Assembly: GCF_001194135.2 (NCBI RefSeq)
Contig: NC_068981.1
Coordinates: forward strand, 198,678,007-198,742,006
Reading direction: 5' to 3'
DNA length: 64,000 nucleotides
From: Octopus bimaculoides
Lineage: Eukaryota
The translations under genes were made by a program, and so were the position numbers. Shown in pieces: positions 37,479-51,674 of the stretch. The first letter of the stretch is position 1, and the number at the start of each line of letters is the position of its first letter. Under the pieces are notes generated by a model that did no database searches, was not told the origin of the DNA, and worked only from the letters and a program-made list of their open reading frames with translations.

Positions 37479-37806
37479 ACTCTTTTCTACTTTAGGCAAA
37501 AGGCCTGAAATTTTGAGGGAGGAGGGTCAGTCGATTACGTCGACCCCAGTATGCAACTGGTACTTAATTTATCGACCCCAAAAGGATGAAATGTGAAGTT
37601 GACCTCGGTGGAATTTGAACTCAGAACATAAAGACAGACAAAATACAGCTCAGCATTTCAACCAGCGTGCTAACGTCTCTGCCAGCTCCCTGCCTTTCAA
37701 CTAATATTCTAAACAGGCGATTGTGTCATCATCTTTGTCATCACTTAACAAAAGATAATTAACATCATCATCATCGTTTTTTTTTTATTATTATTATTAC
37801 TATTAT

Positions 37807-37988
<182 letters not shown>

Positions 37989-39378
37989 CCACCACCACCA
38001 CCACCACCACCACCACCTCCATCACCATCATTATCTGAGCTGGCAGTATCATTAGATCATTGGACAAAATACCTCACAGCATTTCTTCTGGCTCTTCCCA
38101 TTCTGAGTTCAAATCCCTCTGTAGCTAATTTGCATTTCAACCCTCCCCTAAAATTGCTGGCCTGATCTTTTTTCCCTTTTACTTACAATGCAGCCATACT
38201 TGAACACTGTCTTGATAATATATTGGTTATTTTCCTTTAGAATTCTCATTAATTTTTTTCTGTCTTTTACTCATGAATTATATTCATTCAGATTTAATAC
38301 TAAGCAAACGACAATTCCATCAGGACCTAAATAATTATCTGCTGTCTATTTGAATTGGTCAGTAATATTTTAAATGGGGCAGGAATTTTTGCCATAGATA
38401 TTCTTCAAGTTGACAGGTGGGATTTAGGAAACATTACCATTCTTGCATGATCTGATAAGCACTATCCCTAAGTAGGTCTGCCGCTTATGCTAGTCAAGTT
38501 AGTTTATTACAATCTATCTCTTTTTAAATGTTCACTATTCCAACCATTGTGGTTTGGCTTGAATAAGGATCTGATGGTATTTAATTTCTCTATCTCTGAA
38601 GAATCTTAATCAATCAAATATGAGATTGATTAATGATTAATATGTATGATTATTGCACTATAGAATTTTGGAATTGGCCAATCTATGCAAAATGTGCATA
38701 AACTGATTAAAGAGTGTAGAAGCCTGCATTATTTGTGATTCTCAACTCTGACTTTATAAAGAATTTATTTTGTGTCTGAAATTTGTAAATCCAAATTGAA
38801 CCAAAAGTGGAAAGTAAATTTACAGCCTGCATGGATTACAATGGTTTTCACTGGACAATTTATATTGCCAAATTTGATTCCTCCAGAGTGTTTATAAATC
38901 ATGAATCTGTATTTTTTAAATCCTACTTTTTTCTCTGTGTGTGTGTGTGTGTATGTGTGTGCATGCGTATGCATATATTTATGTATGCATGTGTATGTAT
39001 ATATCACCATCATCATCATCATCATTGTCGTCGTTTAACATCCGTTTTCCGTGCTAGCATGGGTTGAATGGTTTGACTGAGGTCTGGAAAGCCAGTAGCT
39101 GCACCAGGCTCCAATCTGATCTGGCAATGTTTCTACAGCTGGATGCCCTTCCTAATGCCAGCCACTCTGACAATGTAGTGGGTTACTTTTCACAAGCCAC
39201 TGACATGGGAGCCAGTCAGGTGGACTTGGTATTGACCATGCTCGAATGGTGCTTTTCATGTGCTACCAGCACAAGAGCCTGTCGGGTGGCACAGGCCACA
39301 GCTATGATTTTGCTTTTACTTGACTCATCTGGTCTTCTCAAGCATATCATATCGCCTGATGCATCAATCATATCACCC

Positions 39379-39465
<87 letters not shown>

Positions 39466-40653
39466 ATATATATGGAGATTTGTAGTTTATACATTAAAAC
39501 AAGGGTTTCAAAATAATGTTTTTAGTTAAGAGATAAATTTTATAAAAAATGCTTTTTCCCTCTGCTAAAGGAAAGCAGAGCAATAAATCACAGGAAATTA
39601 ACAAAATTGTATTTTGATAATTTGTGGAAATATATTGTATTGTTTAAATAAGGGGATAACATTGATCTCAAATGATGTTGGATTAACTGTTTGTTTGTCT
39701 GACTCTCTCTTTGTCCATTTGTATCTGTCTGTGTGTCCTTTTTACTAGTCTTGTGTTGGGCAAAGTCTTGTGTATGGAAGTCCATGAAATAATCTCTACA
39801 TGTAAAACCTCTCACACGCATGTGTGCACACACACATGCACAAATACATGTGCATGCACACACACACACACTGAACCTACCTGAGAACTAGCAGAAACTT
39901 CTGTTAACACTTTAAATCAAAAAGCAGGCAGTTCAGTTGATTGAACAACTGTCAAACTGTTGTCTGCTGGTATTCACTAAGGAGGTTTAATAATAGTGAA
40001 ACATATTCACAGTTGTCTCTCCATAACTACCAACATCAAACTCCTCAAAGCACTGTGTCACAGTTTAAATAATAACAATGCCAAAGTTGTCTCCCTTTCT
40101 TTCCTCTTGAGGAAATTTTCATTAACCTATCACTACAGTGAGTTTGCTACGACCTTACTTCTATAACTACATTATGTTTAGTCACTGCATTATGTTAAAA
40201 CTGATTTTATCATTTTATTTAATTAGGTTCCATTTTACAACTTACAGATTTAATCTAGCTTTTTTTAAAATACAATTTCTTACCAAACAAGGTTTGAGGC
40301 TACCATAGCATAAAGGATTACAAAAATGGAAAATTTAAGAAATTTAAAAAATTGTCAATTGAGAGAAAGCCTAAAGGATTGAATATCCTAGAGCAGAGGT
40401 AAAGAAGAGATGATCGTAAGGAATTCCAAAGAGCCACAATTTGAGGAAGGAAGGAAGCTGCTAGAATAAAATGACTTATGACTAATAGGAAGCTCAACAG
40501 AGAAACAATGCCCCTGGGAAGAGAAGCAGGTGATACATTTTCATGACGGTCAATATTTTAAAATTAAAATATATAATTGTAGAAATGAATTTAGAGTTTT
40601 TAAAGGCTTGCTAATAAAAGTAAATGGTTGATTGAACAAAGAAGTATGCTGAC

Positions 40654-40818
40654 CTTCAAATGTCCTGTAAGTGTGATCGTATGTTGGCCCAGTATTTGGA
40701 GATGTCTCAAAGAAGGAATGACGAACCCATTTATTGGCATTCATTGGTGAATTAATTTCTGTGTGATTCCAGCCACATAAACCATTATCAAATGTACAGT
40801 TTGGAGATGAAATACTGC
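40654..40818 (-). CDS. Gene 2 MAM exon a (CTFDNGLCGW...TGPTYDHT)
   Basis: TTCTTTCAAG| acceptor, |GTCAGC donor, 165 nt. Confidence 0.9.
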
Positions 40819-41034
40819 CTTGAAAGAATAAAGTGTAAAATGAAAGAATAATTTTTTTTTTCCTGTTTCTAAAGTTTCATAAAATTTTATTTGTTGTTAT
40901 CCACTTCACAATATGACACAAGAATTGATGTTGTTGTGGGGTGGGGGGACATTGCACATTGCTGAATCATAAGAATTCCTAGTTTTAATTTAGATTTTGA
41001 TGGCAAGGAAGATGGTCCATATTACATATGGAAT

Positions 41035-42016
41035 TTTGCAGGTGGGGCCCAGTTAGAATTTTCTTCAGGTTGAGTAGCCCATCCTGCTAAAAAGGTCCCT
41101 GAATAAGGTTTGTTTAAGGATGTTGAGCAAAACACCCAGGTTTCCAAAGGTGAATTATCCAAACCCCAAAGAATTTCTCTCAACACATGGCTATGATGCT
41201 CCCCCTCTACTTCTGCTCGTGATCAGAGATGCACATATTGTCAGCCACCAAGGGACATGCTCAACTGGTTACGGTCAAACAACTGACAAGCAAATCTGTG
41301 GTATTGAGCAGAATATTTGCTGTAGCCCATCTTTTATACCAAGACAAAACAAAGTACATGATAACACTTCCAATCAATTAAGGTCAGAAGCCATGAGAGC
41401 CACTGCCTGGTACTGCATCCAGGAATTTATTATTATTATTATTACTATTATTATTATTGAGTGAGAGAGCAGGGCATGCCATCAAAGTGACACTGGTGTA
41501 AAATATACGAAGCCCAATATACTCATCTTGACTACCCATCTGATAAGGGTACACCAGGCACATGCATCACAACCATATGTGTGTGACATGGGGATCTCAT
41601 ATCAAGATAAACAGTGCATGACCTTGCAGGTGGGGCCCAGTTAGAATTTTCTTCAGGTCGAGTAACCCATCCCACTAAAAAGGTTCTTGAATAAAGGTTG
41701 TTTGAGGATATCGAACGAAATACCCATGTTTCCAAAGGTGAATTATCCAATTCTCAAAGAATTCCTCTCAACACATGGCTATGATGCTCCCCCACTATTT
41801 CTGTTCGTGATCAGAGATGCACATATCATCAGCTATTAAGGGACATGCTCAACTGGTTAAGGTCAAACAACTGACAAGAAGCAAATCTGTGGTATTGAGC
41901 AGAATATTTGCTGTAGCCCATCTTTTTATACCAAGGCAAAACAATGTACATGATAACACTTCCAATCAATTAAGATAAGTAGCCATGAGAACCACTGTCT
42001 GGTACTGCATCAGGGC
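41035..42016 (-). repeat. Two head-to-tail copies of an unclassified ~550-bp retroposon-like repeat with (AAT)n tail
   Basis: 41035-41422 (partial) and 41459-42016 are clearly homologous and separated by (ATT)n; a third partial copy lies at approx. 36250-36575. Confidence 0.75.
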
Positions 42017-42518
42017 AGTTTGTTATTATTATTATTATTATTATTAGGAGAGCTGGCAGGATCATTACAGTGCTGGACAAAATACTTAGCAGCATTCCAT
42101 CCATCTTTACATTCTGAATTCAAATTAGTTTTAATGCTAAAGTCCCAAAGAATGGTGATGTCTTTATTCTGCTGCAGGTTTATATTCTCACCAATTCTTT
42201 TTCTATTGGAATCCAAACTGATGGAAGTTAGCTTTGTAGTTTCTGGTGGGCTTACACAATTGATGCCAACCATTGATGGATCAGACCTGAATCAACATGA
42301 GGATCGCTGACCCTTGTAGGGTATTTACCATGTAGTGACTTACTTTCTCCATTGATTTTGCAGCTCTGGATTTGGATTGTGCTTTTATGAAAATATCGAC
42401 TGAAAACGTTGAAAATGTAATTACATTCAATATAAATGACACAAAATAAATAAAACATCTCAGAAATAGAAAAACATATTCCAAAATCATTCTTGTAAAC
42501 ACAGAATATGATTTTTAC

Positions 42519-42764
42519 CATTTTGTGGAAGCACCAATTCTCGTTCTAAACAGCCATACAATCTCTGTATTTTTATGATGTCCAGTTGACTCATTCCAAT
42601 CCGTTGACCAATACGGACACCTTTCACCTTTGTTATTATTGTTGAATACCTCCTATCAATAGCAAACGCATTCTGTTGATAATGCATTATTGAATTGTAG
42701 TCATATGGAAGGTTGAGAGTGTTGAAAGAAGAGGGGTTGATTTTCTGAAAGTTGGATCTACGAT
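42519..42764 (-). CDS. Gene 2 Met-turn exon (YDYNSIMHYQ...IGQRIGMSQLDI...LYGC)
   Basis: TTGTCAG| acceptor, |GTAAAA donor, 246 nt. Confidence 0.95.
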
Positions 42765-45084
42765 CTGACAACAGAGAAGAGGAATCATGTTAATTATGTG
42801 AGATTAATAGGTTTTGGGACATTTTCTATTAAAACTTATTATTATTAAAGCTATTATTAGCAAGGATGTTGTCGTGAGGTTTAATGAGAACAAGTCTCCT
42901 CAAAACTCAAGAATCTTTCTTTGGATTCTTATAGAATACAGAATGGCACTTTTCTACAAGGATAATTCTATTATCCTTCAGCTTCTTCAGTAGCATTTTG
43001 GATTCTATGCTAAGTCCACCAATTACCACATGAACAATTGTTATATTAGGCTTCCACGATCTCTTCTTGGTATATTATTATTATTTTCTCTTTAACACAG
43101 GTTTTGTTGGAACTCCTGGAGTCTTGCATGCATATTTTGACCTCACCCCCACCGGCCTCTCTCCTGCACCTTCTCAGTTAAGAGGTCTTGTCTTGTGGGT
43201 TACTTGGTCACCTCTTTGGTGATGATACCATGTAAAAAGCACCAAGGACACTCTGTGAAGTGGTTGGCATTAGGAAAGGTAAACAGCTGTAGAATCCATG
43301 GCAAAGTTGATATTGGAAATAGGTGTACTCCTCTGGCATGGGCCGGCTCCTGTCAAACTGCCGGCCCATGCCAGCATGAAAAACAGACGTTAAATGATGA
43401 TGATGATAATATTTATACACACATGCGCGCGCACACACACACACACACACACACGCGCACACACATATACACACACCCACACATACATGAATGAATAAAT
43501 AAATAAGTAAATATCATCATTATCATTTAACATCCTTCTTCCGTATTGGTACGGCTTGAATGGTTTTAAGAGTGTGATGGGTCTGAGAATTGCATTGCAT
43601 TCCAGTGTTGGCTTTGGTTTGGTTCTATCTTTCTATGCTCTTCCTGTCTCCAAGCACTTCCAAGTGAGCCAATATTTGCCTGTGGGTGGATATGATTTCA
43701 CCAAATATTGGAAGCGAAAGACACCTGTACGTGATAGTGATGAACTTCTTTCAGTAGAAAAATTAGGCAAAAAGGGATTCGATGTTGTGTGCAAGAGAGG
43801 AGACTGCTCTGGTTTGGTCATGTGATGCAGATGGATGAGGTGAGTTACTTGAAGAAGTGATGATCCCTTTAAGCGGATGGAAGTCATGGAAGAGAGAGAC
43901 CCAGGGAGACATGGAATGAAGGACTGAAGATGGATTTCAAAATGGTGAGCCTTAAAAAGGAAATGACAGAGGACTGGGATATGAGGTGCATTACTGTATT
44001 CAGAATCGATGACCTAAAACCAAGGTGACACAAGAAAAAAAAAAAAAAAGCACAGGTGCTGGTGCCACATAAAAAAACTCTGGTTTTTGTGCCACATTAA
44101 AGGTATCTGGCACCCTCTGTAAAGTGGTTGGCGTTAAGAAGGGCCTCCAGCTGTGGAAACCATGCCAAAACAGACAATGGAACCTGGTGAGGCCCCTGGC
44201 CTTGCCAGCTCCTGTCAGATCATCCAACCCATGCCAGCTCCTGTCAGATCATCCAACCCATGCCAGCATGGAAAAACAGACGTTAAATGATGAAGGTGAA
44301 ATCCAGTGGCAGGGCTTTGGTCGGCCCTGGACTATTGCAGAAGAAACTTGCACAAGGCACCACATTATGGGACTGAACCCCAAATTGCTTGGCAAGGAAG
44401 CAAGGTTCGTAACCATGCTGCTATGCCTATACCTATATACATATGTGTGTGTGTATATGGGTTTGTATAAGTGTGTGTATGTGTGTGTGTGTGTCTATGG
44501 GTGTGTATAAGTGTGTGTATAAGACAGTTTATATCCACAAAAAGATGCAGTCTATATAATTATTTATATTGTAAACAAAGTGACATGTAGAAATCTGAGA
44601 CCATTATGTGTGTGTGTGTGTGTGGGTACTCACACATATGTAATGTGCAACTTTCTGAGCTGTAGATTTATATGTGTGATGTGTGTTAATATTGTGTGTG
44701 TGCATGTAAATATGATGACAGGTACAGCGCGTGCGTGTGTGTGTGTGTGTGTGTGTCTGTGTGTATACAGCTGCAGTCACTTATAGTTAATGTGACTATA
44801 ACTGGAGAAGATATTGGAAACTGAACACTGATAACTACTCCTACACACACACACGCACACACACACACACACACACAAATCACTGTCTGTGTGTGTGTGN
44901 NNNNNNNNNCACACACACACAAATCACTGTCTGTGTGTGTGTGTGTGTGTGTGATTTCAAGCACGCCATTCATCACTGTCACATTCCCGCAACCCACAAA
45001 CCCATTTGTCTCACATATATATACGTGCATACAGATGTGTTAGAGTGTGCGTTTTATATATATACATACTGTATATATATATAT

Positions 45085-45119
<35 letters not shown>

Positions 45120-45137
45120 GCATATATACGATATATG

Positions 45138-45169
<32 letters not shown>

Positions 45170-45488
45170 CTTGTGTGTGTGTGTGTATGTATGTATATAA
45201 ACACCCACACCCTTTACCATTGAGTGTTGTTCTCTGAGAGAAGGATTCCCTAAAATGTATCTTTTTCACTTTTCACACTCTTCCCTCCCTCCCTTACACC
45301 TACAAGCAATCAAAAGAAATGCAAGAGAGAGAGGGAGAGAGGGAGAGAGAAGTTGATATCACACAAGTTATATAATATGTCACAGGGATGGTGGTGGGTA
45401 GGATGGTGGTGGGTAGGATGGTGTAATTAATCATCACCACCACCACTACCTAAGGACATACATACAATAACATGTAGGTGTGTATAAT

Positions 45489-45528
<40 letters not shown>

Positions 45529-46471
45529 NNNNNNNNNNNNNNNNNNNNNNNNNNNNNNNNNNNNNNNNNNNNNNNNNNNNNNNNNNNNNNNNNNNNNNNN
45601 NNNNNNNNNNNNNNNNNNNNNNNNNNNNNNNNNNNNNNNNNNNNNNNNNNNNNNNNNNNNNNNNNNNNNNNNNNNNNNNNNNNNNNNNNNNNNNNNNNNN
45701 NNNNNNNNNNNNNNNNNNNNNNNNNNNNNNNNNNNNNNNNNNNNNNNNNNNNNNNNNNNNNNNNNNNNNNNNNNNNNNNNNNNNNNNNNNNNNNNNNNNN
45801 NNNNNNNNNNNNNNNNNNNNNNNNNNNNNNNNNNNNNNNNNNNNNNNNNNNNNNNNNNNNNNNNNNNNNNNNNNNNNNNNNNNNNNNNNNNNNNNNNNNN
45901 NNNNNNNNNNNNNNNNNNNNNNNNNNNNNNNNNNNNNNNNNNNNNNNNNNNNNNNNNNNNNNNNNNNNNNNNNNNNNNNNNNNNNNNNNNNNNNNNNNNN
46001 NNNNNNNNNNNNNNNNNNNNNNNNNNNNNNNNNNNNNNNNNNNNNNNNNNNNNNNNNNNNNNNNNNNNNNNNNNNNNNNNNNNNNNNNNNNNNNNNNNNN
46101 NNNNNNNNNNNNNNNNNNNNNNNNNNNNNNNNNNNNNNNNNNNNNNNNNNNNNNNNNNNNNNNNNNNNNNNNNNNNNNNNNNNNNNNNNNNNNNNNNNNN
46201 NNNNNNNNNNNNNNNNNNNNNNNNNNNNNNNNNNNNNNNNNNNNNNNNNNNNNNNNNNNNNNNNNNNNNNNNNNNNNNNNNNNNNNNNNNNNNNNNNNNN
46301 NNNNNNNNNNNNNNNNNNNNNNNNNNNNNNNNNNNNNNNNNNNNNNNNNNNNNNNNNNNNNNNNNNNNNNNNNNNNNNNNNNNNNNNNNNNNNNNNNNNN
46401 NNNNNNNNNNNNNNNNNNNNNNNNNNNNNNNNNNNNNNNNNNNNNNNNNNNNNNNNNNNNNNNNNNNNNNN

Positions 46472-46506
<35 letters not shown>

Positions 46507-46756
46507 GCATATGTGTGTACAATGTTGTATATACATAGGTGTATATAATATTGTATATATGTAGATGTATATAATATTGTATATATGTAGGCATGTATAA
46601 TATTGTATATATGTAGGCGTGTATAATAGTGTATATATGTAGATGTATATAATATTGTATATATGTAGCCATGTATAATATTGTATATATGTAGGCGTAC
46701 ATAATATTGTATATATACAGGTGTATATAATATTGTATATGTGTAGGTGTGTATAA

Positions 46757-47049
46757 TCTGTATATATAAAAAGCAGGATGTGTGTGTGTACGTACATGAA
46801 TGTAATTTATGCACGTCCACAAATTAGCACGCATGTTGCTCCAATTTTAGGAGGACATTCGTCACGATCCTAGCTATATTTTCGTCAACTTATTTTTCCC
46901 AGAGGCACCCACGGGTAGCAGTAAAAATCGATTTTGAACCTTAACTTTTACCAATTTTGAAGTTTGCTAACATGAGTTAAGTCCCTTAGCGAAGTGACAA
47001 TGCATGTGTGTGTGTGTGTGAGGGTGAGAGAACTTGCGTGTTGATGTAT

Positions 47050-47080
<31 letters not shown>

Positions 47081-48326
47081 GGAGAGAGAGTAAGTGACAG
47101 ATTGGGGAACACTGTTTCCAAAAGATCGGAAGGGTTGTCCACGGTGTTGCACAGTTCAGAGATGGATATGTCACCCCTATCATTTCTAGGGACCTTGCCT
47201 TCTCCAAGGGCTAAAATGCTGCAGACATGCTATCACTAAGCAAGTGCGCACACATGTTTGTGCTTAGGCTTAAGGTCTTAACCTGGGGCCAGAACATGGA
47301 TGACTTAAGGCATGCGTGCACTTCATCAGCCCGGCTCCCTTTAGGGATGACAGGAAGGGTTTGCCGGAAATCTCCTGAAATCAATAGAGTTACACCACCC
47401 ATAGAAGCTGGAAAGTAACAATGCAGACATTAATTGGCTCAGTGAAAGAACCATCCTGGCCCCCAAAAGCATAGCTGTCAGTGCTATCAATGACCAGCTC
47501 ATAAGCCGAATTCCGGGTGAGGAGCGCATCTACAAATCGATTGATAGGACCTCTGACCCTCAAGACATTGTCAATTACCCTATCGATTATCTCAACTCAT
47601 TGGAGCCAGCAGGGCTTCCACCTCACATTCTTAGGCTAAGGGTTGGATGCCCAATTATGCTAATCAGAAATCACTGCCTAAACAGTGCAACGGGACCCGC
47701 TTAGTAATCAAGTCCCTGACACTCCACTTGACTGAGGCCACTATTGTTACTGGGTGCGGGAGGGGTGAAAATGTTTTCATTTCAAGGATGTAGCTTTATC
47801 CTTCGGGGTCAAACATGCATGCCACTTAACTTCTGCAGATCGCAGTTCCAGGTGAGACCATACTTCGCCATATCTTTCAACAAATCCCAAGGCCAAACAC
47901 TATTGGTGGCAGGCATCCATTTGGGGTTTTCCATTCAATCAGGATAAAGAATCAATAAACCAATTCCTTATAGGATTTCCCACTAAAATTGGCTACACCC
48001 CATTTTCAACCATAACTTTTACCAATTTTGATGTATTTTGCTTAAACCTGATGCCAGCATTACTTAGGACTCATGGGATCTTTAAATGCTTTAAGTTCTC
48101 AAAAAGAAAAAAAAAAACAATCGATGAGTGGAAAAATCGATAAACTGATTCCTTATGGGATTTCCCAATCAAATTGCCTGCAACCCATTTTCAGCCAAAC
48201 GTTTACCAATTTCAACAGATTTCACTCAAATTTGATGTTGGCGTCACTTATTTTGGTTTGAAATAAAGCGCTTGATCACTTAATAATCTTAACTTAATCC
48301 TGGGCAACGCTGGGTTATACTGCTAG
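46757..48326 (+). mobile_element. Non-autonomous Helitron carrying PIF1-type helicase fragments (one inverted)
   Basis: 5' TC after A (46757); 3' hairpin CCTGGGCAACGCTGGG then CTAG (48323-48326); helicase motifs GDFRQTLPVI, WLSERTILAP, GLPPHILRLRVGCPIMLIRN, NGTRL, NKSQGQTL. Confidence 0.88.
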
Positions 48327-48976
48327 CATTGTATATATGTAGACGTGTATAATATTGTATATATACAGGTGTATATAATATTGTATATATACAGTTGTAT
48401 ATAATATTGTATATATGTAGGTGTGTATAATATTGTATATATGTAGGTGCTGGGCAAAATGCCTAGCGCTATTTCATCTGCTGTTATGTTCTCAGTTCAA
48501 ATCCCACCGAGGTCGACATTGCCTTTCATCCTTTCGGGCTCAATTAAATAAGTACCAGTTACACACTGGGGTTGATGTAATTGACTTAATCCCTTTGTCT
48601 GTCCTCAATTGTCCCCTCTATCTTTAGACCCCTGTGAGCAATATAGAAATAAATACTGTATATATATATATATATATATATATNNNNNNNNNNAAACCGG
48701 ATGGCAACACCAGGCTCCAGTCTAATTTGGCAGAGTTTCTACAGCTGGATGCCCTTCCTAACGCCAACCAGTCAGAGAGTGTAGTGGGTGCTTTTACGTG
48801 TCACCCGCACGAAAACGGCCACGCTCGAAATGGTGTCTTTTATGTGCCACCCGCACAAGCCAGTCCAGGGGCACTGGCAACGATCTCGCTCGAAAATCCT
48901 ATGGGAGCCAGTCAGGCGGTACTGGCAATGGCCACGCTCAAAATGGTGCATCTCATGTGCCACCCGCACAAGAACC

Positions 48977-49009
<33 letters not shown>

Positions 49010-49040
49010 CATAATTTTGTATATACATAGGTATATATAA

Positions 49041-49760
49041 TGTTGTTCGTCCCTCGGAATGACGAGGACCATCTGATCATCCTAGAGGTGGGTGGGGAGG
49101 TCATCATCGGTGAGTGCGGAGATGGTTGATAAGTCCAATCCGCGCTTGGAAAGATCTGCTGCAGCAGGGACAGGGAATGGTAGCAGGTGCCGGGGGCTTC
49201 AAAGCATTGTTCTTTCTCTTCTGCCTGCGCCTCTCTGCAGCAGCTTTCCTGTCACTTTCATGTTGGTGGGCACCGTTGTGAACAGCGGCCCGCCACTTGG
49301 TCCTATCTAAAGCTCTCTGCTCCCATGATGACGGGTCAGTGTTGAAGACCTTCAGTGATACATTTAGGCTGTCTTTAAACCGTTTCCTCTGGCCATCATG
49401 GGAGCGCTTGTCATGCTGGAGCTCACCAAACAGAAGCTTCTTGGGTATTCTGTAGTCTGGCATGTGGGCTACATGACCAGCCCAGTGAAGCTGAGTTCTC
49501 ATCAGGATGGAAGGGATGCTTGGGAGCCCGGCACGAGTGAGGACTTCTGTGTCTGGTATCCTTTCCTGCCAGCTTATGCCAAGTAGTTTCCTCAGCCTGG
49601 TGGTGTGGAAGTGATTTAGTCTTTTGGCGTGGCGTTGGTAGACAGTCCACGACTCACATCCATAGAGTAGGGTGGTGAGTCCGACAGCTTTGTAGACCTT
49701 GATCTTTGTCATGGAGGCGAGGCCTCTTCTGTCCCATACATTCTTGTGGACTCTGCCAAA
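49041..49760 (-). mobile_element. RTE (BovB-like) LINE 3' fragment with open C-terminal ORF
   Basis: TKIKVYKAVGLTTLLYGCESW...WAGHV..MPDYRIPKKLLFGEL...C..C.RSF.ARIGLINHLRTH; (ACA)n-type tail. Confidence 0.88.
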
Positions 49761-49835
49761 GTGTATATAATATTGTATATATGTAGGCATATATAATATT
49801 GTATATGTGTAGGTGTGCATAATATTGTATATATG

Positions 49836-51090
49836 TCATCATCATCATCAACATCATTTTCCATGGGTTGGACAGTTCGACTGGGATCTGGGAAGCCAGG
49901 AGGCTGCACCAGACTCCAGTCTGATCTGGCAGTGTTTCTACAGCTGGATGCCCTTCCTAACACCAACTACTCTGAGAGTGTAGTGGGTATTTTTTTACAT
50001 GCCACCGGCACAGGTGCCAGAGGGGTTTGGCATCGACCATGATCAGATGGTGCTGTTTACGTGCCACCGGCACGAGTATCACAACTACAATTTCCATTTG
50101 ATTTTGATTTTGATATTGCTGATGTTGATGTACTTGACTCAATAGGTCTCATCAAGCATGGCATCCAATGTACTTCTGAGTGGGCTGGTTATATGACACT
50201 GGTGTAGGTTACAGCTGTGATCTCACCTTTATTTGCCGGGTCTTCACAGTCACAGCATACCTCCTGAGGTTTCTGTCTTTCATCATTTCCTCTGTTCAAA
50301 GGTCATGCTTCACCACCTCATCCCATGTCTTCCTGGCTCTCCCTCTACCCTGGATTCCTTCCACTGTTTGAGAGTGGAACTTCCTCATCTATCCATAGTA
50401 CATGACCATACCAACACAGACATCTCTCTTGCACGCCACATCCAATGCTTCTTATGTCCAACTTTTCTCTCAGGGCACTCACACACTGTCGTGTTTTCAC
50501 TCTGACATTACACATCCAGTGGATTATGCTAGCTTCATTTCGTTCAAGCCCACGCATGTCTTCACCAGTCACAGCCCAGATTTCACTTCCATGAAGCATG
50601 GTAGTTCACACACATGCATCGTACAATCTATATGTAGGTATGTATAATATTGTATATATGTCGGTGCTTTCTGAATTTTGCCCAGACTATTCTTATTCTA
50701 GTAACACTCTCTGAGCATCCACCCCCACTACTAATTTCGTCACCGAGGTAGCTGAAGCTACCAACTACTTCTAGTTTCTCCCCCTGGAGTGTGATGGAAT
50801 CTGTTTTCTGAGCATCTGTGGTGTTTATTGCCCTTGTGCATCTGCTGCGCACAGAAGCTATCTTCTTGGTTAACTTTCCTTTGATGTTGCTGCACCTCTT
50901 ATGTGTCCATAGCTTACACTGGGTACATCTTTTGGAGTTTCTACCTACACCTTTTCTACAGATCGAGCAGGACCACTTACCTGAAGGGATGTGTGATGAG
51001 TTCATCACACACCTTTTTTGCTACATTGACTCTAAGGCCGTTTGATTCTAAACCTTGCTTCTACACCTGAAATTTCTTCTCTAGTTCTGG
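49836..51090 (-). mobile_element. RTE-clade LINE fragment, same family as 57302-58500
   Basis: CSICRKGVGRNSKRCTQCKLWTHKRC, MLHGSEIW, WYGHV; 3' UTR ending in a (GAT)n tail. Confidence 0.85.
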
Positions 51091-51626
51091 TAGGCATATA
51101 TAATACTGTATATGTGTAGGCGTGTATCATCATCATCATCGTCATTTAACGTCCGCTTTCCATGCTAGCATGGGTTGGACGATTTGACTGAGGACTGGTG
51201 AAACCAGATGGCTACACCAGGCTCCAATCGGACTTGGCAGAGTTTCTACAGCTGGATGCCCTTCCTAACGCCAACCACTCCAAGAGTGTAGTGGGTGCTT
51301 TTACATGTCACCGGCACGAAGGCCAGTGAAGTGGTACTGGCAACGGCCACACTCAAAATTGGTGTATTTTACGTGCCACCTGCACAAGAACCAGTTCGGC
51401 GGCACTGGCAACGAATATTGTATATATGTAGGTCTATATAATACTGTATATATGCAAGTGTGGGTGGTGCAGGAGTGGCTGTGTGGTAAGTAGCTTGCTT
51501 ACCAACCACATGGTTCGGGTTCATTCCCTCTGCGTGGCACCTTGGGCAAGTGTTGTCTACTATAGCCTCGAGCCGACCAAAGCCTTGTGAGTGGATTTAG
51601 TAGATGGAAACTGAAAGAAACCCGTC

Positions 51627-51674
<48 letters not shown>

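Noticed and set aside
44870-44955. Direct repeat CACACAAATCACTGTCTGTGTG on both sides of a 10-N gap
   Set aside because: Same pattern of assembly duplication across a tiny gap.
51185-51215. CTGAGGA-CTGGT-GAAA-CC motif in many RTE 3' UTR copies (antisense) resembling a hammerhead
   Set aside because: Five nucleotides cannot form helix II, there is no UH after the palindrome, and older copies read GGCAAGCC instead.
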